From positions 21,035 to 36,024 of the forward strand of contig CAZEBC010000021.1 of the NCBI GenBank assembly GCA_964510165.1: a DNA stretch of 14,990 nucleotides. Direction: 5' to 3'. The DNA comes from an uncultured bacterium. GTDB taxonomy: Bacteria > Abyssobacteria > SURF-5. Under the pieces are notes generated by a model that worked only from the letters and a program-made list of their open reading frames with translations, was not told where the DNA came from and did no database searches. Positions 1 to 7,122 of this stretch are shown piece after piece. Made by a program: the position numbers and the translations under genes. Position 1 is the first letter of the stretch, and the number at the start of each line of letters is the position of its first letter.

Positions 1-1
1 G

Positions 2-982
2 CCGGAAGAAATCAAGACGACCGTGACCGAGAGCGGCATCGTCGGGCTTGGCGGCGCGGCGTTTCCGACCCACGTCAAGCTCTCTCCGCCGCCGGAAAAG
101 AAGATCGAACTCTATATCCTCAACGGAGCGGAGTGTGAGCCTTATCTGACCGCCGACGACCGGGTCATGCAGGAGCGTACCGCCGACGTGGTGCTCGGGC
201 TTCGGCTCATGATGCGCGCAATCGGCGTCAAACAAGCCATCATCGGGGTGGAAGACAACAAGCCCGACTCCATCCGCGCATTGACCCGGGCCGCTGCTGG
301 CCATCGGGAAATAGTGGTCAGGAAGCTCAAGACCAAGTATCCGCAAGGCTCGGAGAAGCAGTTAATTCGAGTGCTGACCGGGCGCGAGGTTCCGCGGGGC
401 GGATTGCCGATGGACGTGGGCGTAGCCATAAACAATGTCGGCACCGCACTTGCGGTGGCCGAGGCGGTCTTCGACGGGAAGCCTCTTGTGGAGCGGGCGC
501 TTACGGTTACCGGCCCGGCAATCGCTCAACCCAGGAACCTGATAGTCCGGATGGGAACCAGTTTTCACGAAGTGATAGAGTATTGCGGCGGTTTCTCACA
601 GGCGCCGGCCAAGATATTGATGGGCGGGCCCATGATGGGCATCGCGCAGCACACGACCGATGTGCCCGTTATCAAAGGGACATCGGGCATCGTGGCGCTG
701 ACCGAAGACGCGGTTGCTATCGTCGAACCGCATACTTGCATCCGATGCGGCCGCTGCGTGAATGCATGTCCGATGTATCTGCTGCCGTCAACCCTCGGCA
801 TTCTGTGCGAACGACACAAGTTCGAGGAAGCGCGTCAGTTGGGACTGATGGATTGCGTCGAGTGCGGGTGCTGCACTTACGTATGTCCGGCAGGCCGGCC
901 GATGGTGCACATGTTCAAGTTCGGCAAGACGGAATTGTTCAAGCGGGATCAGAAGAAGCGAGAAAAGAAAGAGCAGAAGTGA
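2..982 (+). CDS. rnfC: Rnf/Rsx electron transport complex subunit C, 5'-truncated by the window edge
   Basis: Frame is open from base 2 (PEEIKTTV...), so GTG at 23 is internal. Motifs GIVGLGGAAFPTHVKL, NGAECEPYLTADDR, KYPQGSEKQLI, GGPMMG and two 4Fe-4S motifs (CIRCGRCVNACP, CVECGCCTYVCP); followed by rnfDGEAB. Confidence 0.97.
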   Translation, partial: PEEIKTTVTESGIVGLGGAAFPTHVKLSPPPEKKIELYILNGAECEPYLTADDRVMQERTADVVLGLRLMMRAIGVKQAIIGVEDNKPDSIRALTRAAAGHREIVVRKLKTKYPQGSEKQLIRVLTGREVPRGGLPMDVGVAINNVGTALAVAEAVFDGKPLVERALTVTGPAIAQPRNLIVRMGTSFHEVIEYCGGFSQAPAKILMGGPMMGIAQHTTDVPVIKGTSGIVALTEDAVAIVEPHTCIRCGRCVNACPMYLLPSTLGILCERHKFEEARQLGLMDCVECGCCTYVCPAGRPMVHMFKFGKTELFKRDQKKREKKEQK

Positions 983-1989
983 CCCTAGACCGGCAGCTCA
1001 TCGTAACGACTCCTCCCCATATTCGGTCCGACATCAACATCCGACGAGTGATGATTGATGTGCTGGCTGCGCTTGCGCCGGCCACCGTGGCGGGTGTGTA
1101 CCTGTTTGGATTCCGCTCGGCGGTTGTCCTCGCCGTGGCCGTCGTATCCGCGATAGCGACCGAAGCCATAGTCCAGAAACTGGCCAAGTGGGAAGTCACG
1201 ATAGGCGATTGCAGCGCAATCGTGACGGGCCTGCTTCTGGGGCTGAATTTGCCGCCCGGCACTCCGCTGTGGCTGGCCGCGCTGGGAAGCGCGTTCGCCA
1301 TCGCGATCGCCAAACTCGCGTTTGGGGGGCTGGGCCGGAACATCTTCAACCCTGCGCTTGCAGGGCGCGTACTGCTGCTGGCGGCCTGGCCGGTCGCCAT
1401 GACAAAAGGCTGGCTGAGCCCGCAATGGTGGCAGAAGCCCGGGTTTTCTTTCTGGACGATGGACGTCGCCGACCGGTTCGGCGTCGCGCTCGATGTCATA
1501 AGCTCCGCCACTCCACTGGTTAAGGGCGGCGCACAACCCGATCCTTTCTCCACAGCGGACCTGTTCCTGGGACAAGTCGGCGGGTGCATCGGCGAGACTT
1601 CTGCCTTAGCCCTGTTGGTAGGAGCCGCCTATCTAATCTACCGGAGACACATATACTGGCAGTTGCCGGTCAGTTTCGTCGCTACGGTAGGCGCGCTCAT
1701 GTGGATATTCGGGGGAGAACGGTACTTCACGGGCGACTTCCTGATGCACATACTCGCAGGCGGCCTGATGTTGGGGGCATTCTTCATGGCGACCGACATG
1801 GTTACGTCACCCATGACCATAAGGGGACAGGTGATAATGGGGATTGGCTGCGGTGTCCTGACGGCTCTTGTTCGGCTCAAGGGCGGGCCGCCCGAAGGAG
1901 TCTCCTATTCCATTCTTATCATGAACGCGCTCACGCCCCTAATTGATAGATACACCGTGCCGCGGCGGTTCGGGGAGGGTAAGCCATGA
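979..1989 (+). CDS. rnfD: Rnf complex subunit D (integral membrane, covalent FMN)
   Basis: Likely start is GTG at 979, overlapping the rnfC stop (GTGA); the ORF-track start at 583 lies inside rnfC. Motifs PPHIRS, AIVTGLLLGLNLP, FGGLGRNIFNPALAGR, SSATPL (FMN-Thr), GCIGETSALALL, GAFFMATDMVTSP, EGVSYSILIMN. Confidence 0.96.
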   Translation: MTLDRQLIVTTPPHIRSDINIRRVMIDVLAALAPATVAGVYLFGFRSAVVLAVAVVSAIATEAIVQKLAKWEVTIGDCSAIVTGLLLGLNLPPGTPLWLAALGSAFAIAIAKLAFGGLGRNIFNPALAGRVLLLAAWPVAMTKGWLSPQWWQKPGFSFWTMDVADRFGVALDVISSATPLVKGGAQPDPFSTADLFLGQVGGCIGETSALALLVGAAYLIYRRHIYWQLPVSFVATVGALMWIFGGERYFTGDFLMHILAGGLMLGAFFMATDMVTSPMTIRGQVIMGIGCGVLTALVRLKGGPPEGVSYSILIMNALTPLIDRYTVPRRFGEGKP

Positions 1990-2600
1990 ACGCGGCAGTG
2001 CGATTGATCGTAATTCTCTTTGTGATATGCGCTCTTTCGGCTGGCGCGCTGGCACTCGTGGACTCGGTCACCCGCACTCGTATCCAGGCAAACCAGGAAC
2101 GCAAGGAAAGCTTGCTGAGAGGAAGTGCGCTCGTTGGTGAGCAAAAAGGTTCAGAAGTCAGCTTTGACGCCGAGCCGATAACCGTCGAGGGTGTTCCCTA
2201 CTACGTCGGGAGGCTCGACAGCGGATTTGCCGGAGTCGCATTCACGGTCGTAACCGACAAAGGCTATGCTGGACCGATCGAGATCGTAATTGCCATGGAA
2301 CCGACGGGCGACCGCATCGCCGGCGTCAGAATAAAAAGCCACTCCGAGACGCCGGGCCTGGGCGCCAACGCGGCTCAGGTGAAATACGGCGATATCGAGC
2401 CGTGGTTCCTCGCCCAGTTCAAGGGGCTGATCCCGCAACAGGCCCAGTTGAAAAAGGACAGCGCTGAAGGCGAAATCGACGCCATTACTGCTGCAACCAT
2501 AACTTCGCGAGCGGTAACCAACGCCGTCCATGATGAAGCAGTGAAATTTCAGAACGTCTGGGACAGCATTAAGGAACAGGTCCATGAGCGCTCGAACTGA
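1986..2600 (+). CDS. rnfG: Rnf complex subunit G (N-terminal membrane anchor, FMN-binding domain)
   Basis: ATGA overlap with rnfD and GGAGGG SD; hydrophobic N-terminus; KGYAGPI, HSETPGLG, WFLAQFKG, IDAITAATITSRAV motifs. Confidence 0.95.
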   Translation: MNAAVRLIVILFVICALSAGALALVDSVTRTRIQANQERKESLLRGSALVGEQKGSEVSFDAEPITVEGVPYYVGRLDSGFAGVAFTVVTDKGYAGPIEIVIAMEPTGDRIAGVRIKSHSETPGLGANAAQVKYGDIEPWFLAQFKGLIPQQAQLKKDSAEGEIDAITAATITSRAVTNAVHDEAVKFQNVWDSIKEQVHERSN

Positions 2601-3210
2601 ATTTTTCAAGGGGTTCTGGAAAGAAAACCCGACCTTTCGAGTTATTCTCGGTATGTGTCCTACCATGGCTGTCACGACGTCCCTCATGAACGGGCTCGGA
2701 ATGGGTCTTGCCGCATTGGGTGTGCTTGTATGCTCCAATATCGCGATAGCACTGGTGCGCGACGTGATCCCGTCACAGATACGAATCCCTTCCTTCATTG
2801 TAATCATTGCTGCGTTTGTCACCATAATCGACCTGTCAATGAACGCATTTACGCCAGCGCTGCATGCCGCCCTTGGCATATTCATTCCGCTGATTGTCGT
2901 CAACTGCATCATACTTGGACGGGCCGAGGCCTTTGCCTCGAAGAATTCCGTCTACCTTTCGATTATGGACGCCCTCGGGATGGGCCTGGGATTTACGGTA
3001 AACCTCGTCATTTTGGGCGGCGTCAGGGAGATACTGGGAGCGGGCCAACTGCTGGGACGGCCGGTCATGCCAGAAGCTTTCCAACCGTCGCTGGTTATGA
3101 TCCTGCCGCCGGGGGCGTTTTTTGCGATCGCGATTCTCATTGCCCTCATGAATGTTATCAATCGAAAGCTTGAGATACGTCGTGCCGCCGAGCGCAAGGA
3201 GTTGTCATGA
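2584..3210 (+). CDS. rnfE: Rnf complex subunit E
   Basis: ENP..LGMCPTMAVTTS, QIRIPSFIVIIA, GIFIPLIVVNCIILGRAEAFA, ILPPGAF; overlaps rnfG by 17 nt. Confidence 0.97.
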   Translation: MSARTEFFKGFWKENPTFRVILGMCPTMAVTTSLMNGLGMGLAALGVLVCSNIAIALVRDVIPSQIRIPSFIVIIAAFVTIIDLSMNAFTPALHAALGIFIPLIVVNCIILGRAEAFASKNSVYLSIMDALGMGLGFTVNLVILGGVREILGAGQLLGRPVMPEAFQPSLVMILPPGAFFAIAILIALMNVINRKLEIRRAAERKELS

Positions 3211-3800
3211 ACCATCTTCCGGACTTCTCGACGCTGATGACGATCGTAATCGGCGCCATTTTCATCAACAACTTCGTGCTTAGCCGTTTCCTCGGTATTT
3301 GTCCGTTCGTGGGGGTTTCGAAAAGCGTCGATTCATCCGTCGGAATGGGTCTGGCAGTAATCTTCGTGATAACTCTGGCCGGATTGGTCACTTATTATGT
3401 CAACAAGCTGCTTGTTCTGGCCGGGGTGGATTTTCTCCAGACATTGAGCTTCATTCTGGTGATAGCTGCGCTTGTACAGTTTGTCGAGATGTATCTTCAG
3501 AAGTTCAACCCCGGCCTGTACGCGGCCCTCGGGATTTATCTTCCGCTAATAACAACCAACTGCGCCGTGCTTGGCGTGGCATTGATTAATGTGAAAGAAC
3601 AGTATAATATAATAGAGGCGCTTGTGTTCTCGTTTTGCGCGGCCGTCGGCTTCACGCTGGCGCTCATTATCATGGCCGGCATCCGAGAACGGCTTGAGAT
3701 AACCGATGTCCCAAAAGCAATGGAAGGGGCGCCGATAACCTTTATCGTGGGCGGCCTGCTTTCTCTCGCCTTTATGGGCTTTTCAGGGATGAAATTCTGA
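3207..3800 (+). CDS. rnfA: Rnf complex subunit A
   Basis: NNFVLSRFLGICPFVGVSK, FILVIAALVQFVEM, LGIYLPLITTNCAVLG, LLSLAFMGFSG; ATGA overlap with rnfE; AAGGAG SD. Confidence 0.97.
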   Translation: MNHLPDFSTLMTIVIGAIFINNFVLSRFLGICPFVGVSKSVDSSVGMGLAVIFVITLAGLVTYYVNKLLVLAGVDFLQTLSFILVIAALVQFVEMYLQKFNPGLYAALGIYLPLITTNCAVLGVALINVKEQYNIIEALVFSFCAAVGFTLALIIMAGIRERLEITDVPKAMEGAPITFIVGGLLSLAFMGFSGMKF

Positions 3801-3810
3801 CAGATTTTCC

Positions 3811-3835
3811 CCGGCATCGCCTAAGGCGATGCCGG
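3811..3835. other. Perfect intercistronic stem-loop between rnfA and rnfB
   Basis: CCGGCATCGCC-TAA-GGCGATGCCGG: 11-bp perfect stem, 3-nt loop; no downstream U-tract on either strand. Function unknown. Confidence 0.8.
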
Positions 3836-3861
3836 TATGGATGGAAGGGTAATACCAGACA

Positions 3862-4866
3862 ATGTGGACCGTGTTTCTGGCGATAAGTGTGGTAGGAGGC
3901 CTCGGCATAGTTTCGGGGGCCATTCTGGCATTCGCCTCAAAGAAATTCGCAATCGAAGTTGACCCGAAAATCAAGGAAATCGAGGCGGCGCTGCCGGGTG
4001 TCAACTGTGGCGCCTGTGGCCATCCAAGCTGTGCGGGCGCGGCTCGGGTTATTGCGGAAGGCAGGGCTCCCGTGAGTGCTTGTGTGGCGGGCGGCGAGGC
4101 CACCATGCGCCGTGTGGCCGAAGTGATGGGTGTCGCGGCCGGCGCCGCGATTCAGAAGGTCGCCAAAATCCAATGCCGGGGTGATCTAGGGATCGCAAAA
4201 CTCCGGTATGAATACCACGGGATTGACGACTGCCGTGCGGCCTACATCCTTTTCGACGGCGCGAAGGCTTGCCCGTACGGCTGTCTTGCGCTCGGCTCAT
4301 GTGCGAAGGCGTGCCCCTTCGGCGCAATCGAGTATACGCATCATCGCGTTCCGTATGTTCGATATGATAAATGCACGGGCTGCGGCGTGTGTGTTGATGT
4401 GTGCCCGCGAAAGCTGATAGAACTGTACGATGCCACTCATGAGGTGTTCGTGCTCTGCAAATCGCCCGACAAGGGAGCGCAGGTCAGAAAGGTGTGCGAG
4501 GTCGGATGCGTCGCCTGCGGCGTGTGCGAGCGCTCGTGCCCCGTCGACGCGATAACCGTCAAGGAAGGACTCGCAGTCATAGATCATTCCAAATGCGTGA
4601 AGTGCGGGCTTTGTCAGATGATGTGTCCTTATAATGTTATTTGGAAGAAGCCAAAACAGGTTCACGCCTCCATCACTGATAAATGCAACGGATGCACCAT
4701 CTGCGAAAAAGTCTGCCCCGTCAATGCCATCACAGGCGAAACAAAGCAATTGCACGTGGTAGACCCCCACCGCTGTATCGCATGCGGCCTCTGCGTCACC
4801 AAATGCCCGCGCCAAGCCATCGAGATGTGCGAACGTGAACCCGCCTTGATTACAAAGGCGGCCTGA
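3862..4866 (+). CDS. rnfB: Rnf complex subunit B, long polyferredoxin form
   Basis: N-terminal TM helix, LPGVNCGACGHPSC FeS domain, then six CxxCxxCxxxCP-type motifs (CLALGSCAKACP variant, CTGCGVCVDVCP, CVACGVCERSCP, CVKCGLCQMMCP, CNGCTICEKVCP, CIACGLCVTKCP). Confidence 0.95.
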   Translation: MWTVFLAISVVGGLGIVSGAILAFASKKFAIEVDPKIKEIEAALPGVNCGACGHPSCAGAARVIAEGRAPVSACVAGGEATMRRVAEVMGVAAGAAIQKVAKIQCRGDLGIAKLRYEYHGIDDCRAAYILFDGAKACPYGCLALGSCAKACPFGAIEYTHHRVPYVRYDKCTGCGVCVDVCPRKLIELYDATHEVFVLCKSPDKGAQVRKVCEVGCVACGVCERSCPVDAITVKEGLAVIDHSKCVKCGLCQMMCPYNVIWKKPKQVHASITDKCNGCTICEKVCPVNAITGETKQLHVVDPHRCIACGLCVTKCPRQAIEMCEREPALITKAA

Positions 4867-4890
4867 TTAACCGAACCCGAACGCTCTCAC

Positions 4891-5754
4891 ATGGAAAACA
4901 GAGTCGGACCATATCGGATCGTCCGTCCCATCGGGAAGGGGGGCATGGGGCGCGTCTATCTTGCGATCGATGAGCAGAAGGACCGCAAGGTGGCTATCAA
5001 AGTCCTCCCGGAGCAATTCCTTGAGGACAAGAAGAGGTCCGAGTACCTGCACCGGGAACTCCTATTGGCCCGAGAGCTTGACCACCCGAACGTCGTCGAT
5101 ATCTTCGACATCATCGAGCTGCGTCGCAAGGCCGACGGAAAGATGCAGGGGTTCATGCTGATGGAGTTCATTGACGGCGAGAATCTCAGAGTTCATATCG
5201 AAAAACAAGACCTCAGCATAAGCCAGGCCATTGAACTCTGCGAGCAGATATGCGCGGGGCTTAATTACATCCATCGGCATCGCCTCAAGGACGGCCGCTA
5301 TCACTCCATCGTCCATCGAGACATAAAACCCGAAAACATCCTCATCACGCGGACCGGCCAGGTCAAGATCGTGGACTTCGGGCTGTCCGTCGAGGAGAAG
5401 CCGTTCCGGTTCCTCCGCTCGAAATCGCGGGCAGGCACCCCGCAATACATGTCGCCCGAGCAAATACGCGGCGGCAGAGTGGACGAACGGTCGGACATCT
5501 ATTCGCTCGGTGTCTGTATGTACGAGCTGTTTACGGGAAAGCTTCCGTATGAGGGCAAGGACAGGAAAGAGATAATGAAGATGCACATCTCCAGGAAGGT
5601 CACTCCTGATCCCCCGTCAAACGTGAATCGCAGAATCCCGCCTTCTCTCAGCCGCATCATCATGACCGCCCTGGAGAAAGACCCCGACCAGCGGTTTCAA
5701 TCGGCCGCCGAGCTTCAGCTGGCCCTCAAGCATGTATCGGTCTCGAGGATTTAA
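4891..5754 (+). CDS. Hanks-type serine/threonine protein kinase, catalytic domain only
   Basis: All core motifs present: GKGGMGRVY, VAIK, helix-C Glu (HRE), HPNVV, HRDIKPEN, DFG, GTPQYMSPEQ, SDIYSLG, terminal DQRF. No hydrophobic segment or extra domain. Confidence 0.96.
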   Translation: MENRVGPYRIVRPIGKGGMGRVYLAIDEQKDRKVAIKVLPEQFLEDKKRSEYLHRELLLARELDHPNVVDIFDIIELRRKADGKMQGFMLMEFIDGENLRVHIEKQDLSISQAIELCEQICAGLNYIHRHRLKDGRYHSIVHRDIKPENILITRTGQVKIVDFGLSVEEKPFRFLRSKSRAGTPQYMSPEQIRGGRVDERSDIYSLGVCMYELFTGKLPYEGKDRKEIMKMHISRKVTPDPPSNVNRRIPPSLSRIIMTALEKDPDQRFQSAAELQLALKHVSVSRI

Positions 5755-5788
5755 CCGCCCAAACTGGGGACACCTTGCGGTATAAGAC

Positions 5789-5822
5789 AAATCCGGGACA
5801 GAATGCCGCATTGCCCCGATTT
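5789..5822. repeat. Imperfect inverted repeat downstream of the kinase (possible terminator or REP-like element)
   Basis: AAATCCGGGACA-G-AATGC-C-GCATT-GCCCCGATTT; outer AAATC/GATTT and inner AATGC/GCATT pair; related half-copy AAACTGGGGACA at 5761-5772. Confidence 0.4.
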
Positions 5823-5834
5823 ATCCGGACCCTA

Positions 5835-5863
5835 TTGAAAAATGGGCCTCAGTCCTGTAAACT
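5835..5863 (+). promoter_or_regulatory. Putative sigma70-type promoter for the L,D-transpeptidase/hem unit
   Basis: TTGAAA (5835-5840), exactly 17-bp spacer, TAAACT (5858-5863) in the only long intergenic region; AAGGAG SD precedes ATG 5971. Confidence 0.7.
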
Positions 5864-5919
5864 AAATACCGTAAACCATGTCGGTCCGTAGGCCGAAAAA
5901 CGCGATATGTGGTGGTAAG

Positions 5920-5941
5920 GGAGGCCGGGCCTCCTGTATTT
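5920..5941 (+). other. GC-rich hairpin with weak U-rich tail in the predicted 5' leader
   Basis: GGAGGC-CGG-GCCTCC followed by TGTATTT. Confidence 0.4.
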
Positions 5942-5970
5942 GGTAAGTCCTTGAAAAGGAGTCGTGGCAA

Positions 5971-7122
5971 ATGAACAGCAAAACCGCCGTGGTGCTTGGT
6001 GTAATGGTAACAATCCTGCTAGCCGCTGCCGTCGGCGGATTGTATATTTATGGACAAAAGAAAATGGCGCGCGACTCGATGAATCAGTTGGCCGTCGCGA
6101 AGACGCTCTATGAAGCTCGGCAATGGCCGGAGGCGGAGCGTCTCTTTGAAGAAATACTGAAGAAATACCCGCGGTCAGAAGTCGTGCCCGAGTGCGTGTA
6201 CTATGCTGCTATCCTAAAGCAGGCCAATGGCAGATACAGCGATGCCCTACAGCATTGGCAACGGCTTGCTCAAGTGAAGGAAAATCCGCATGCCGCAGAA
6301 GTCCAATACTACAGCAGTTATTGCGCCGAAATGCTTGGGAACCGAGCGGAGGCGGCCAAAGGATATCAGGGCGTCGCGGCGATGTACGGAGCGGGTGACC
6401 TTGCAAGCATGGCCAAGTGCGGACTTGGACGCATCGCCGAGTCCGAGGGCAACCTCAAGGAAGCCCTGACCAGGTATGAAGAAGCACTCGCGCTCGCGGG
6501 AACGCCCGAGGCGCGCGGCCTGGCCGAGCGACTCCTGGGTGACCTCAATCTGCGCATGTTCCTCGAGCCGGTTGAAGACGAGAATAAGAAGGCGTATCTC
6601 GTCAAGCGTGGCGATTCGATGGTTACCATTGCGCTTGCGAGCAATACCACGGTGGACCTGATGTGCAAGATAAACGGGCTTTCAGACCCGACGCAGCTAC
6701 GCCCGAACAAACGGCTTCTTATTCCCACGCCGGACTTCTCCATTGTGATTGACAAGTCGGATTTTAAACTCACGCTTTACAACCACGGCAAGTTCTTCAA
6801 ATCGTACAAGGTGGGGCTTGGCAAGCACGGCTGCACGCCCGTGAGCAAATTCGTTATCAACGATAAGATAAAGAATCCAACGTGGTGGTCGCCGGAAGGA
6901 CCGATACCGCCGGGCGACCCGCGCAACGAGCTGGGCACGCGCTGGATGGCGCTCAAGCCGCTTGAGACCGGCATCGGGAACGATTACGGCATTCATGGCA
7001 CAATCAACCCGAGCACCGTCGGCTGGGAGTCGAGCAATGGCTGCCCGCGCATGTACCCCCCTGAGGCCGAAGAACTTTATATGCTCGTCACGATTGGAAC
7101 CCCCGTGGAGATCGTTCAATGA
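5971..7122 (+). CDS. Membrane-anchored TPR + LysM + YkuD-family L,D-transpeptidase
   Basis: N-terminal hydrophobic anchor (AVVLGVMVTILLAAAVGGLYIY); TPR-like helical repeats (AERLFEEILKKYPRS; LGRIAESEGNLKEALTRYEEAL); LysM (YLVKRGDSMVTIA...NTTVDLMCKINGL...LRPNKRLLIP); YkuD domain (IVIDKS..KLTLY, TP, NPTW, NELGTRWM, YGIHGT...SNGCPRM with catalytic His/Cys). Confidence 0.92.
   Translation: MNSKTAVVLGVMVTILLAAAVGGLYIYGQKKMARDSMNQLAVAKTLYEARQWPEAERLFEEILKKYPRSEVVPECVYYAAILKQANGRYSDALQHWQRLAQVKENPHAAEVQYYSSYCAEMLGNRAEAAKGYQGVAAMYGAGDLASMAKCGLGRIAESEGNLKEALTRYEEALALAGTPEARGLAERLLGDLNLRMFLEPVEDENKKAYLVKRGDSMVTIALASNTTVDLMCKINGLSDPTQLRPNKRLLIPTPDFSIVIDKSDFKLTLYNHGKFFKSYKVGLGKHGCTPVSKFVINDKIKNPTWWSPEGPIPPGDPRNELGTRWMALKPLETGIGNDYGIHGTINPSTVGWESSNGCPRMYPPEAEELYMLVTIGTPVEIVQ

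Noticed and set aside
23..25. GTG as rnfC start (and GTG 14974 as sdhA start)
   Set aside because: Both frames stay open to the window edges and the N-terminal parts are missing; these are truncations, not short variants or pseudogenes.
583..978. 132-aa N-terminal extension of RnfD in the ORF track
   Set aside because: Lies within rnfC in another frame, is Arg-rich and non-homologous; RnfD similarity starts at GTG 979.
4891..5754. Kinase acting on the FMN-acceptor threonines of RnfD/RnfG, or as a defence/toxin kinase
   Set aside because: Those threonines face outward and are modified by ApbE, while the kinase has no export signal; no phosphatase, antitoxin or defence genes are adjacent.
5776..5786. 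Second promoter based on TATAAG at 5781
   Set aside because: No -35 at suitable spacing and no correctly placed TGn extension.
5867..5940. Known riboswitch (c-di-GMP, cobalamin, SAM, FMN) in the leader
   Set aside because: Hallmark conserved sequences are not recognisable by eye; kept only as an unclassified structured leader.
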